Source: Thermoanaerobaculia bacterium (GTDB lineage: Bacteria; Acidobacteriota; Thermoanaerobaculia; UBA5066; Gp7-AA6). From it: a stretch of 64,000 nt of DNA. How positions within the stretch are numbered: the stretch's first letter is position 1; every line of letters starts with the position of its first letter. The notes under the pieces were generated by a model, which did not search any database, had not been told where the DNA came from, and was given only the letters and a program-made list of their open reading frames with translations. Shown here one piece after another: positions 21,791 to 31,424 of the stretch. Location: NCBI GenBank assembly GCA_041481715.1, contig JBGPCK010000001.1, forward strand, positions 9,340-73,339, read 5' to 3'. The position numbers were made by a program, and so were the translations under genes.

Positions 21791-22756
21791 ATGACCTTGC
21801 AGACTCCCGTCCGCCTTGCGGTGGTCGGGGTGGGACACCTCGGACGTCAGCACGCAAGGGTCGCGGCGGACCTGCCGGGCGCACGGCTCGAGGGCGTTCA
21901 CGACCACAACGAGGGTCGCGCGCAGGAGGTCGCTCGCGAATACGGCCTGGAGGTTCTCCCGGACCTCGAGTCCGTGGCACGGCGCGCGGAGGCCGTGATT
22001 GTGGCCACTCCCACGGCAAGCCACGCCGAGATTGCCGCCTTCTTTCTCGAGCGGGGACGGGACGTCCTGATCGAGAAGCCGATCACCGTCACGGTCGCCG
22101 AGGCGGACGACCTCCTGGCCCGAGCGCGCGCGGCCGGCCGCATCATCCAGGTCGGCCATGTGGAACGCTACAACCCGGCGGTGGAGGCTGCCTTCCGCCT
22201 TCTCTCACAGCCCCGCTTTGTCGAGGTGCACCGGCTGGGGGCTTTCACGGGACGGAGCCTCGACGTGGATGTCGTGCGGGACTTGATGATCCACGACCTG
22301 CAGATCGTCGGGGAACTGGTGGGGCGGCCGGTGACGGAGATCCGGGCGGCAGGGCTCCCGGTCTTGACGGCGCAGTTGGACATCGCCAACGCCCGGATCG
22401 CGTTCGAGGGAGGCTGCGTAGCGAGCCTCACGGCTTCGCGGGTTTCGCCGGAGAAGACCCGCAAGTTCCGTGTTTTCGCTCCCTCGCTCTACGTTTCGAT
22501 CGACATGCTCACCCGCTCGGCCACCGCCTTTCGGTTGTCCCACGAGCGGGGCACGCCGGAAGTATTACCGGTAGTGCTCCCGGTCGAGAAGGAGGAGCCT
22601 CTACGGCTAGAGCTCGCCGACTTCGTGCGCTGCGTGCGCGGGCGGGAGCAGCCCAGGGTTCCTGGAGAGGCCGGCCGCGACGCGCTCGCTCTCGCCGACG
22701 ACGTCTTGAAGGCGATCGAAGCGCACCGCCGCACGGTCGACGAGGAGCCCGTTTGA
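21791..22756 (+). CDS. Gfo/Idh/MocA family NAD(P)-dependent oxidoreductase (possible GnnA-like UDP-GlcNAc 3-dehydrogenase)
   Basis: Rossmann N-terminus VRLAVVGVGHLGRQHA and EKP motif LIEKPITV characteristic of the family. 321 aa immediately downstream of lpxA. Confidence 0.8.
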   Translation: MTLQTPVRLAVVGVGHLGRQHARVAADLPGARLEGVHDHNEGRAQEVAREYGLEVLPDLESVARRAEAVIVATPTASHAEIAAFFLERGRDVLIEKPITVTVAEADDLLARARAAGRIIQVGHVERYNPAVEAAFRLLSQPRFVEVHRLGAFTGRSLDVDVVRDLMIHDLQIVGELVGRPVTEIRAAGLPVLTAQLDIANARIAFEGGCVASLTASRVSPEKTRKFRVFAPSLYVSIDMLTRSATAFRLSHERGTPEVLPVVLPVEKEEPLRLELADFVRCVRGREQPRVPGEAGRDALALADDVLKAIEAHRRTVDEEPV

Positions 22757-23616
22757 CCGAGCCGGGCCGAATCGGCTTGATCGGGGGCAGTGGCGTCTAC
22801 GACCTTTCGGGGATCGAGGGCGTGCGCGAAGAGATCCTGGAGACGCCCTTCGGCTCGCCCGCGGACGCCTACATCACCGGGCGGCTGGAAGGGGTTCCCG
22901 TCGCCTTTCTCTCGCGCCATGGGCGCGGCCACCGGCTCTCGCCGTCGGAGATCAACTATCGCGCCAACATCTGCGGATTCAAGCTGCTCGGCTGCGACGC
23001 GATCCTCTCGGTCTCGGCGGTGGGGAGCCTGAAGGAAGAGCTTGCACCGCGCCAGGCGGTGATTCCGGATCAGTTCATCGACCGCACGCGGCACCGGGCC
23101 GACACGTTCTTCGGCAATGGGGTCGTCGCGCATGCGAGTTTCGCGGACCCCGTCTGCCCGGCCGCCGCGGAGGCTCTCGCAGCCGCGGCCCAGGCGAGCG
23201 GGCTTTCGGTGCGGCGAGGGGGGACCTACCTGTGCATGGAAGGACCGCCCTTCTCGACACGCGCCGAATCACGCCTCTATCGATCGTGGGGAGCCGACGT
23301 GATCGGCATGACGAATCTGACCGAGGCCAAGCTCGCCCGAGAGGCGGAGATCTGTTACGCGTCACTCGCCCTCGTGACCGACTACGACTGCTGGAGGGGG
23401 GCGACGAAGCCGGTAGCGGTCGAGAGGATCCTGGAGATCTTGCGGGAGAACTCGGCCGCGGCCCGTAGGGCCATTCGGGAGGCGGCGCGGCGGATGGATC
23501 GGAAACGTAACTGCGGCTGCCGCGACGCGATGCGTTACGCGGTCCTGACGGACCGCAAAGTGATCTCCGAAGAGGCGCGGAGGCGGCTCGAGCCGATCGT
23601 GGGCAGGTACCTGTGA
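22753..23616 (+). CDS. mtnP: S-methyl-5'-thioadenosine phosphorylase
   Basis: 287 aa. PNP/MTAP family motifs (IGLIGGSGVYDL, FLSRHGRGH, VIGMTNLTEAKLAREAEI). Confidence 0.85.
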   Translation: MTEPGRIGLIGGSGVYDLSGIEGVREEILETPFGSPADAYITGRLEGVPVAFLSRHGRGHRLSPSEINYRANICGFKLLGCDAILSVSAVGSLKEELAPRQAVIPDQFIDRTRHRADTFFGNGVVAHASFADPVCPAAAEALAAAAQASGLSVRRGGTYLCMEGPPFSTRAESRLYRSWGADVIGMTNLTEAKLAREAEICYASLALVTDYDCWRGATKPVAVERILEILRENSAAARRAIREAARRMDRKRNCGCRDAMRYAVLTDRKVISEEARRRLEPIVGRYL

Positions 23617-24626
23617 CAGAGGCGGCGCGCTCGAAGGGCCGCGTGATCGTCACCGGCTCGGTGGCGTTCGACTACCTGATGCGCTTTCCGGGGCATTTCG
23701 TGGAGCACCTGATTCCGGACCGCCTCAAACGCCTCTCGGTCTCCTTTCTCGTGGACGACATGCGCCGCGTGCCCGGCGGGTGCGGCCCCAACATCGCCTA
23801 TGGTCTGGCGCTGCTCGGTGAGCGGCCATTGTTGCTCGCCTCCGCAGGCACGGACGCCGCAAGCTATCGTGACGCCCTCGCTGCGGCTGGCGTCGACGTT
23901 TCCGGGCTCGTGCTGCATTCGGACGTCTTCACGGCCTCGTTTTTCGTCTCGACCGATCGGGACCAGAATCAGCTGGCGTCGTTCTACACGGGCGCGATGG
24001 CCCGCGCCCGAGACCTCTCGATCACCGATACCGGCGACACCGCGGCCTCACTCGTGATCGTCTCCCCAAACGACCCGGCCGCGATGGAGCGCTACACCCA
24101 AGAATGCCGGCGTCTCTCGATCCCCTTTCTCTACGACCCGAGCCAGCAGGTCGCGCGCCTCTCCGGCGAGGAGTTGCTCGCCGGGATCCAGGGTGCCGCA
24201 ATGCTCATCGTCAACGACTACGAGCTCGGAATCGTCTCGCAGAAGACGGGCCTGTCCCGCGACGCCCTGGAAGAGCTCGTGCCGGCGCTCGTGTCGACGC
24301 ACGGGGCCGATGGATCGACCATCTCGGTCTCGGGTTCCCGAGGCCGGCAGAGGTATGCAATTCCCGCCGCGCGACTGGAAGTGGAGGCGCTCGACCCGAC
24401 GGGAGTCGGCGACGCCTTCCGCGCCGGGTTGATCTGCGGAATGCGGCTCGGCCTCTCCTGGGAGGTTGCGGGAAAGATGGGGAGCGTGGCGGCTGTTTTC
24501 GGGCTCGAGGCGGTCGGTCCCCAGCCGCCGGCATACTCGATCCGCGACTTCATTTCCCGCTATGAGCGGAGCTTCGGGCCCGAGCCTTCCCTCGAAAAGC
24601 TCCGGAAACGGCCCTCCGCCCGATAG
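23613..24626 (+). CDS. PfkB-family carbohydrate/nucleoside kinase (adenosine kinase-like)
   Basis: 337 aa. Ribokinase-fold motifs (PGGCGPN; C-terminal DPTGVGDAF). Start overlaps mtnP stop. Confidence 0.8.
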   Translation: MTEAARSKGRVIVTGSVAFDYLMRFPGHFVEHLIPDRLKRLSVSFLVDDMRRVPGGCGPNIAYGLALLGERPLLLASAGTDAASYRDALAAAGVDVSGLVLHSDVFTASFFVSTDRDQNQLASFYTGAMARARDLSITDTGDTAASLVIVSPNDPAAMERYTQECRRLSIPFLYDPSQQVARLSGEELLAGIQGAAMLIVNDYELGIVSQKTGLSRDALEELVPALVSTHGADGSTISVSGSRGRQRYAIPAARLEVEALDPTGVGDAFRAGLICGMRLGLSWEVAGKMGSVAAVFGLEAVGPQPPAYSIRDFISRYERSFGPEPSLEKLRKRPSAR

Positions 24627-24678
24627 CGCCGGACAGCCCATCGCGCTACAATCCCCTCTCTTCCAAAGAGGTCGATCC

Positions 24679-25176
24679 TTGAGCAGCCGCCGGGCCCTCC
24701 CACGCGAGACTTCCTCCGCGCCGAAGGCGTGGGAGGGGAGCCTCGATGCTCGCGGGATGCGTTTCGGAATCGTCTGCGCCCGCTGGAACCCGACGATCAC
24801 CGAGGCCATGCTCCGCTCGGCACTGGAGGCGCTCCGGCGCCATGGCGCCCGGACCTCGGACATTACCCTCGTGCGCGTGCCCGGTGCTTTCGAGCTGCCC
24901 GCGGCCGTTCGGGCGCTCGTCCGCTCGCGCCGCTGCGACGCTCTGGCAATCCTCGCCGCCATCGTGCGCGGCGAGACCACGCATCACGAGGTCCTGGCGC
25001 ACGCGGTTGCCGGAGCTCTCGCCGCGCTTTCCGCCGAAACCGGCCTCCCGGTGGGGTTCGGCGTGCTGACGTGCGACACGATGGAGCAGGCCCGCAAGCG
25101 GGTCGCGAAGGGTGCCGAGGCGGTCGAGGCCGCTGTCGAGGTGGCAAACCTGCGCCGCGCGCTCGCCCGGAAGTAG
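24679..25176 (+). CDS. ribH: 6,7-dimethyl-8-ribityllumazine synthase
   Basis: Core WEGSLDARGMRFGIVCARWN aligns with lumazine synthase N-terminus. Start uncertain (TTG 24679 or ATG 24757). The ORF 24466.. upstream part is probably untranslated. Confidence 0.8.
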   Translation: MSSRRALPRETSSAPKAWEGSLDARGMRFGIVCARWNPTITEAMLRSALEALRRHGARTSDITLVRVPGAFELPAAVRALVRSRRCDALAILAAIVRGETTHHEVLAHAVAGALAALSAETGLPVGFGVLTCDTMEQARKRVAKGAEAVEAAVEVANLRRALARK

Positions 25177-25178
25177 CC

Positions 25179-25595
25179 ATGGGCGCCCGACGAAAGGCGA
25201 GAGAGCTCGCCCTCCAGATGCTTTACGAAAACGATGTCTCGGGCACCGAGCCCCGAGAGATGTTTGCCCGATCGTCGGACCTCCAGACGACCCCCGAGGG
25301 AACGCGCGCGTTCGCCGAGCGACTCGTCGAGGGCACGCTCGCGCACCGTGACGACCTGGACGCGATCATCTCGAAACAAGCGGACAATTGGCGCCTGTCG
25401 CGCATGCCCGTGGTGGACCGCAATATCCTTCGCTTGGCTCTTTTCGAGCTGCTCCACGAACCCGAGACACCTCATCCGGTTGTTATCGACGAGGCCCTGG
25501 AGATCGCCAAGCGCTTCTCGACGCCCCGCTCCTCGCAGTTCATCAACGGAATCCTGGACGGGGTCCTGAAATCCCGAGAGGCGGGCAGGGCATGA
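25179..25595 (+). CDS. nusB: Transcription antitermination factor NusB
   Basis: 138 aa, ATG 2 nt after ribH stop. Family N-terminus ARRKARELALQMLYE and C-terminal motifs. Classic ribH-nusB pair. Confidence 0.9.
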   Translation: MGARRKARELALQMLYENDVSGTEPREMFARSSDLQTTPEGTRAFAERLVEGTLAHRDDLDAIISKQADNWRLSRMPVVDRNILRLALFELLHEPETPHPVVIDEALEIAKRFSTPRSSQFINGILDGVLKSREAGRA

Positions 25596-26395
25596 AGGCA
25601 GGTCGGCGGCGGACGCTGGCGGCGGGTGTGCTGCTGGCAACGGCCCTCGCAGCGCCTGGGGTCCGCGCGGAAGAGCGGGCGGTCTATCTGGCGGAGGGAG
25701 AGGACATCCGTCTCTTCGACCAGTACGACAACGACGGTTATTCGCTCGCGGTGCAGCCCGGGGCCGGAGGATCGGTGGAGCTACGCGTGCGGGTGAGCGA
25801 CTCGCCTCTGGAGAGCGAGGCTCCGTTTCCGACGGGCGCCTCACGGGATTCCGCGCTGCCCTCCGCCCCCGAGCGGGACGCGTTTGCCGAGGAGGCGGCG
25901 CGCGGTAGCCGGCGGCAAACGGACGCGGTCTCCCGCATTCTGGTCGCTCTGGCCTCCCGGATTCGCTACGACCCCGACCGCCTCCGTCCACAGGGCCCCT
26001 CGGCGGTCTTCGCCTCAGGCCGGGCCGACTGCGTCGGCTTCTCGGAGCTCGCGGTCGACCTGCTGCGGCGCGTCGGGATCCGGACGCGCACCGTTCAGGG
26101 GATCGTCCGCACCGGTCCCGCCGAGCCGGCCCACGACGCGCGCATCGGCGGTTCCTACCATCGTTGGATCGAGGTGTATTACCCCGACCGCGGGTACGTC
26201 TTCTCCGACCCCTCGTCGTCGATCAACGGGGTCGATGCGCGCTACATCCCGTTTCGCGGAAGGCCGCTCGTGCGCCCGCGCTCGCTGACTCTGGTTTTCG
26301 TGGACCAGGCGGGAGAGCTCTCCTATGCGCCGGTCGCGGCGGGGCAGTCCACGCTGCGGGAGCGTCCCTCAGCGTCCCGCGGCGCGGCGCGCTAG
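25592..26395 (+). CDS. Secreted transglutaminase-like (Cys protease-fold) domain protein
   Basis: ATG overlapping nusB stop. Signal peptide MKAGRRRTLAAGVLLATALAAPGVRA. Transglutaminase core motifs GRADCVGFSELAVDLLRRVGI ... YHRWIEVYY ... FSDP (Cys-His-Asp). Confidence 0.7.
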   Translation: MKAGRRRTLAAGVLLATALAAPGVRAEERAVYLAEGEDIRLFDQYDNDGYSLAVQPGAGGSVELRVRVSDSPLESEAPFPTGASRDSALPSAPERDAFAEEAARGSRRQTDAVSRILVALASRIRYDPDRLRPQGPSAVFASGRADCVGFSELAVDLLRRVGIRTRTVQGIVRTGPAEPAHDARIGGSYHRWIEVYYPDRGYVFSDPSSSINGVDARYIPFRGRPLVRPRSLTLVFVDQAGELSYAPVAAGQSTLRERPSASRGAAR

Positions 26396-26434
26396 GGCTC
26401 TCCCGGTTTCGCGGGGCTCGGGACGTCCGGTAGG

Positions 26435-28927
26435 ATGGCGCCTCCCATGCCCGAGAAATACGACCACGCGGCAATCGAGGCGAAGTGGCAGCGTCATTGG
26501 GAAGAGACCCGGGCGGCCTTCGTGGACACTTCGGCGCCGGGGGACAAGTACTACATGCTCAACATGTTCCCCTATCCCTCGGGCAGCCGTCTGCACGTGG
26601 GACACGGCCGCAACTACATCCTGGGGGACGCCCTCTATCGATATCAACGCATGGGCGGCCGCCGCGTTCTGAACCCCATGGGCTGGGACGCCTTCGGTCT
26701 TCCCGCCGAGAACGCCGCCATCGCGAGCGGGACGCCACCGCGCGAGTACACGCTCGCCAACATCGCGCGCATGAAGGAGCAGCTGCGGTCGCTCGGGTTG
26801 CTCTACGACTGGTCCCGCGAGCTCGCTTCGTGCGATCCGTCCTACTACCGGTGGAATCAGTGGCTGTTTCTGCGGATGTGGGAACGGGGCCTCGCCTACC
26901 GCAAGCAGGCCCCGGTGAACTGGTGTCCGGGATGCCGCACGGTGCTCGCCAATGAGCAGGTCGTGGACGGGCGCTGCGAGCGCTCCGGGGATGCGGTGGA
27001 GATCCGCGACCTGACGCAGTGGTTCTTCCGCATCACGGACTACGCGGAGCGGCTGCTGGCGGGCCTCGACGCGCTGCCGTACTGGTCCGAGCGCGTGAAG
27101 ACGATGCAGCGCAACTGGATCGGCCGCTCCGAAGGGGCGGAGATCCGCTTCTCCGTCGACGGGTTCGCAGAGCCGGTCGTCGTTTTCACGACGCGGCCCG
27201 ACACTCTCTTCGGAGCGACGTTCCTGGCCCTCGCGCCGGAGCACCCGCTCTCGGGAGAGATCGCCCGCCGCGCGGGCGCAACCGAGGTTGCCGGCTTCAT
27301 CGAGCGCGTGCGCCGGGAGTCTCGACTCGAACGCGAGTCCGAGACGGCCGAGAAGGAGGGGCTCGACACCGGCGTCGCGGCGGTCCATCCGGGAACCGGA
27401 GAGCGGATTCCCGTGTGGCTCGCCAACTTCGTGCTCCCCGAGTACGGAACCGGGGCCATTATGGGCGTGCCGGCACACGACCAGCGCGACTTCGAGTTCG
27501 CACGCAAGTATCGCCTGCCCATCCGGCCGGTCTATCGGACTGCGGACGGGGATGTGGACCCCGCAGCGATGACGCAGGCGATCCCGCACGGCGGTGTGCT
27601 GGTTTCCTCAGGAGAGTGGAACGGAACGGCGGAAGGCGTCCAAGCGATCCGCCTCGCCGTCGCCTGGATCGAGGCGCGGCGGGCCGGCCAGGGGAAGGTC
27701 GGTTATCGGCTGCGCGACTGGCTCATCTCTCGCCAGCGGTACTGGGGCACGCCGATTCCGGCGATCCACTGCGGCGGATGCGGCGTCGTGCCCGTGCCGG
27801 ACCGCGACCTGCCGGTTCTGCTCCCGCAGGACGTGGCGTTTCGGGGGACCGAAGGGAACCCGCTTGCGCAATCGGAGAGCTTTGTCGCGACCTCATGCCC
27901 GTCCTGCGGCGGCCCCGCGCGACGCGAAACCGACACGATGGACACCTTCGTGGATTCCTCCTGGTACTACCTGCGTTTTCTCAACCCGCAGGACGACTCG
28001 CGCATGGTGGACTCGCAGCGTGCCCGCGCCTGGATGCCGGTCGATCAGTACATCGGCGGCATCGAGCACGCCATCCTGCACCTGCTCTACGCGCGGTTCA
28101 TCTGCCGGGTATTGAAGGATCTCGACCTCGTGCATCTCGAGGAGCCGTTCGAGCGGCTCTTCAATCAGGGGATGATCACAAGACTGAACCCCGCGACGGG
28201 CAAGATCGAGAAGATGTCCAAGTCGCGCGGGAACACCGTCTCGCCCGACGATCTCAGCGCCCGTTTCGGGGCCGACACCGTTCGCCTATACACGCTCTTC
28301 ATCGGGCCGCCCGAGAAGGAGTCGGAGTGGTCCGAGGACGGCGTGCTCGGGGCCTCCCGCTTCTTGAACCGGGTCAACGACGTTGCCGAGCGCGTTGCCG
28401 GACTGCCGGGCGATGGGAAGGCAGGGTCCGGGCCAAGGGTGACGCCGCTCACGCGGCTCGAGCATCGAACCATCCAGCGAGTCACCGAAGACGCGCAGCG
28501 ATTCCACTTCCATACCGCCGTCGCCGCCCTGATGGAGTTTCAGAGGGGGATTGCCGAGGCCCTGGAGGAGGGAACCGAGACGGCAGCCGCGATCCGGGGG
28601 TCGATGCGAACGCTTCTCCAGTTGCTGCACCCGATCGCGCCTCACTTGACCGAGGAGTGGTGGGAGCGGCTTGGGGGAGAGCGGTCCCTGCTCGAGACGG
28701 CCTGGCCCGCCTTCGACCGGGACCTCGCCACGAGCCCGCGCGTCACGCTCGTGGTTCAGGTGAACGGAAGGGTCCGCGGCAGGCTCGATCTCGAGCGCGG
28801 CGCGGCAGAGGCGGAGGCCGTGGCGCTGGCCCAGACGGACGACAGGATCCGCCCCTGGGTCGAAGGCAAGCAGATCAAGAGGGCGGTCTACGTGCCGGAC
28901 CGGCTACTGAATCTGGTGGTCCAGTGA
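26435..28927 (+). CDS. leuS: Leucine--tRNA ligase
   Basis: 830 aa. HIGH-type motif (HVGHGRNY), editing domain, KMSKS. Conserved LeuS N-terminus ([22 protein letters not shown]). Confidence 0.95.
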   Translation: MAPPMPEKYDHAAIEAKWQRHWEETRAAFVDTSAPGDKYYMLNMFPYPSGSRLHVGHGRNYILGDALYRYQRMGGRRVLNPMGWDAFGLPAENAAIASGTPPREYTLANIARMKEQLRSLGLLYDWSRELASCDPSYYRWNQWLFLRMWERGLAYRKQAPVNWCPGCRTVLANEQVVDGRCERSGDAVEIRDLTQWFFRITDYAERLLAGLDALPYWSERVKTMQRNWIGRSEGAEIRFSVDGFAEPVVVFTTRPDTLFGATFLALAPEHPLSGEIARRAGATEVAGFIERVRRESRLERESETAEKEGLDTGVAAVHPGTGERIPVWLANFVLPEYGTGAIMGVPAHDQRDFEFARKYRLPIRPVYRTADGDVDPAAMTQAIPHGGVLVSSGEWNGTAEGVQAIRLAVAWIEARRAGQGKVGYRLRDWLISRQRYWGTPIPAIHCGGCGVVPVPDRDLPVLLPQDVAFRGTEGNPLAQSESFVATSCPSCGGPARRETDTMDTFVDSSWYYLRFLNPQDDSRMVDSQRARAWMPVDQYIGGIEHAILHLLYARFICRVLKDLDLVHLEEPFERLFNQGMITRLNPATGKIEKMSKSRGNTVSPDDLSARFGADTVRLYTLFIGPPEKESEWSEDGVLGASRFLNRVNDVAERVAGLPGDGKAGSGPRVTPLTRLEHRTIQRVTEDAQRFHFHTAVAALMEFQRGIAEALEEGTETAAAIRGSMRTLLQLLHPIAPHLTEEWWERLGGERSLLETAWPAFDRDLATSPRVTLVVQVNGRVRGRLDLERGAAEAEAVALAQTDDRIRPWVEGKQIKRAVYVPDRLLNLVVQ

Positions 28928-28950
28928 CGCGGAAAAGAGCCGACAGGCAG

Positions 28951-29538
28951 ATGCGCCGACGGGGAGATGGGGGGAATCGCCTTCTTCACGGCGTCTCCGT
29001 TTCACCCCGTGCTCGAGCCCGCAACTCGATCGCGGCGGTGTTTCTCCTGATCGCGACCGCCCTGGCGTCGACCGGGTGCGGCTACAGCCTCGCCGGTCGA
29101 AGCTCGACGCTTGCGCCTTCGATCAAGGTCATCCGGTTCCAGACGCTGGCCAACCAGACCTCGCTTGCGGGCGTCGAGCAGCGGCTGTCCGGGGAGATCG
29201 CCAGGGAGCTGGCCGCGCGGGGCCGCTTCCGCGTGCAAACGGAAGCCTCAGGCGCGGACGCCGAGCTCACGGGAGCGGTCACGCGCTTTGACTTCTATCC
29301 GGTGGCATTCGACCAGTCCGGCCTGGCGACGCAATATCAGGTAGCCGTAACCGCCCGTGTGGCCTTGAAGAGTCTGCCCGAGGAAAAACCGATCTGGGAA
29401 AACCCGGCCTACACGTTCCGGGAGAACTACAGCTTTCTCGGCGCCGGCTCTTACGTCGACCGCCAAAACGAGACGATCGACAAGGTGGCTGGGAAGTTCG
29501 CGGAGAGTCTCGTGTCGAGCCTGTTGGAAGGCTTCTAG
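28951..29538 (+). CDS. lptE: LPS-assembly lipoprotein LptE (RlpB)
   Basis: C-terminal part of shadow ORF 27019..29538. ATG at 28951 gives a lipoprotein signal with lipobox LASTG-C. Classic leuS-lptE synteny. Confidence 0.65.
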   Translation: MRRRGDGGNRLLHGVSVSPRARARNSIAAVFLLIATALASTGCGYSLAGRSSTLAPSIKVIRFQTLANQTSLAGVEQRLSGEIARELAARGRFRVQTEASGADAELTGAVTRFDFYPVAFDQSGLATQYQVAVTARVALKSLPEEKPIWENPAYTFRENYSFLGAGSYVDRQNETIDKVAGKFAESLVSSLLEGF

Positions 29539-29560
29539 GGACGCCGACGACGAACTCCGC

Positions 29561-29803
29561 TTACTTGGCCGCCTTTGCCAGGCGCGACTTGTAGCGCGCT
29601 GCGGCGTTGCGGTGGATGATCCCCTTCTTCCGGGCGATGTCGATTTCCGAAACCGTAGAGGGTAGGGCCTTGGACTTCTCCTTGCCCTCGGCGGTCCGGT
29701 AGGCCTTGACCGCGCTGCGCAGCCGCGAGCGCGCCCCCCGGTTGCGCTTTTGACGGCGCGCCGCCTGGCCGATGCGCTTCTCCGCGGATTTGATGTTGGC
29801 CAT
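29561..29803 (-). CDS. rpsT: 30S ribosomal protein S20
   Basis: 80 aa, MANIKSAEKRIGQAARRQKRN... typical S20. Confidence 0.9.
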   Translation of the reverse strand: MANIKSAEKRIGQAARRQKRNRGARSRLRSAVKAYRTAEGKEKSKALPSTVSEIDIARKKGIIHRNAAARYKSRLAKAAK

Positions 29804-29906
29804 TGTGACGGTTGACTCCTTCTGGATTCTGGATTCGGTTGACGCGGGTTGAGGAAACGGGGGCCGAGTCTACTCCAACTTGGGGAAGCCCCCCGCCTTC
29901 CGGCTT

Positions 29907-30743
29907 CTAACGGACCTCGACGCCCAGAGACTTGAGGCGCGCCCTCGCCAGCCGCGCCTCCTCCGAAGCGGGGTACTCGTTCAGGACGTACTGTAGCTGG
30001 ACCACCGCTTCCGCCTTCTGGCCGACCTCGAGCATCGCATAGCCCTTCTTGAGCAGAGCGGCCGCGGCCTTGTCACTCTTGGGCCACTGTTTGAGCAGCT
30101 TGTCGAAGTCGGCCACCGCCTCGGCGAATTTCTTCTGGGCGTAGTGGCACTCACCGATCCAGTACTCCGCATTGTCCGTGAGGTCGGTGTTCGGGTAGTT
30201 GCGGACGTAGTCCTCGAAACCCTGAATGGCCAGTGCGTACCGCCCTTTGGTGTAGTCGGTCGAAGCCGTGTCGTAGAGCTCGGCGGGAGAAGGGCCGCCG
30301 GCCGGAGGGGCAACGACGGCGGTGTCCACGGCCGGAGGGCCGGAAGCGCCGCCGGCCGGCGGCGCGGCGCCGGCCGCGGAGCCCCGCATTCGCGCCAGGT
30401 CTCCCTGCGTCTCGGCAATCTGCTGCGAAAGTTGGGAGAGGCGCCGGTTGGTGTCTTCGAGCTTCGCCTCGAGCTGCTCCATCTTGGTGGTCAGCTCCCC
30501 GAGCTTGACTCCCATGTCGGCGTTGGACTTGAGCAACTGCTGGGTCTGTTGCGACACGCTGGAGTTGAGCTTCGCGACCTCTTCCTTGCTCGAGGACTTT
30601 CGCTCGAGGGCCTGGATCTCCTTCTCGATGTCGTTCATCTGCCGGTGCAGACCCTCGATGTCGCTCGAGGACACGCAGGCCGTGCCGATCAGGAGCGGAG
30701 CCGCCGCGAGGACGAGGAAGTTACGTTTCGCGAGGCTGGCCAC
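29907..30743 (-). CDS. ybgF: Tol-Pal system protein YbgF/CpoB
   Basis: 278 aa. Signal peptide, N-terminal coiled coil, C-terminal TPR-like region. Last gene of the tolQ-tolR-tolA-tolB-pal-ybgF cluster. Confidence 0.8.
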   Translation of the reverse strand: MASLAKRNFLVLAAAPLLIGTACVSSSDIEGLHRQMNDIEKEIQALERKSSSKEEVAKLNSSVSQQTQQLLKSNADMGVKLGELTTKMEQLEAKLEDTNRRLSQLSQQIAETQGDLARMRGSAAGAAPPAGGASGPPAVDTAVVAPPAGGPSPAELYDTASTDYTKGRYALAIQGFEDYVRNYPNTDLTDNAEYWIGECHYAQKKFAEAVADFDKLLKQWPKSDKAAAALLKKGYAMLEVGQKAEAVVQLQYVLNEYPASEEARLARARLKSLGVEVR

Positions 30744-30744
30744 G

Positions 30745-31311
30745 CTACTTTGCCGTGATCACGAGATGGCCACGCCGATTCTTCGTCCAGCACCCCTCGG
30801 TCGAGTCCGTGCAGAATGGCCGCTCTTCGCCGTAAGAAACCGTCTTGACGCGGCCGGCGTCCAGCCCGAGCGAGACGAGGTAGTCCTTCGCGGAATTGGC
30901 GCGCCGCTCACCCAGAGCGAGGTTGTACTCGTTGGTCCCGCGCTCGTCGCAGTGGCCTTCGATCAGGATCTGAACGGTCGGATACTTCTTGAGCCACTCG
31001 GCGTCGGTGGCCAGCGCCGACCGCGCGTCGTCGCGCAGCTCATATTTGTCGTAGTCGAAGTAAGCGTCCTGAAGATAGCCCCTCTGGTTGAGGTCTTGAA
31101 TGGAGGCCGAGAGCACCTTCTGAGAGTCGTCGGTGATGGGTGCCGAGCTGACCGGGGGCGCCACCGGGGTGGCCGCGGCCGACGGCGGCGTCTCGGCGGG
31201 GCGCTTCTCCTGGGCAGACGTCGGGGGCTTCTTCGCGCAGGCGGAGACCAGCCAAAGAGTGCCCACGGCCACGATGGCCAGGGAGAACAGCCTGGAAAGT
31301 TTCCTCTTCAT
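30745..31311 (-). CDS. pal: Peptidoglycan-associated lipoprotein Pal (OmpA family)
   Basis: Internal ATG with GAGAGAGG RBS. Lipobox LVSA-C. OmpA C-like domain (TVQILIEGHCDERGTNEYNLALGERRA). Confidence 0.9.
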   Translation of the reverse strand: MKRKLSRLFSLAIVAVGTLWLVSACAKKPPTSAQEKRPAETPPSAAATPVAPPVSSAPITDDSQKVLSASIQDLNQRGYLQDAYFDYDKYELRDDARSALATDAEWLKKYPTVQILIEGHCDERGTNEYNLALGERRANSAKDYLVSLGLDAGRVKTVSYGEERPFCTDSTEGCWTKNRRGHLVITAK

Positions 31312-31424
31312 TCCTCTCTCCTTGTCGTTGCGGCAACGCTTCAAAACCGTGTCGGGCGCGCGAGGCGCCGCGCGGAGGATACAAATATAGCAGACGCGGC
31401 GGCTTCGCGAGCTTTCTCGCGCGA

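Noticed and set aside
27019-28950. Upstream part of 839-aa plus ORF 27019..29538
   Set aside because: Out-of-frame overlap of leuS, Arg/Gly/Pro-rich. Only the last ~195 aa (LptE) are a real gene.
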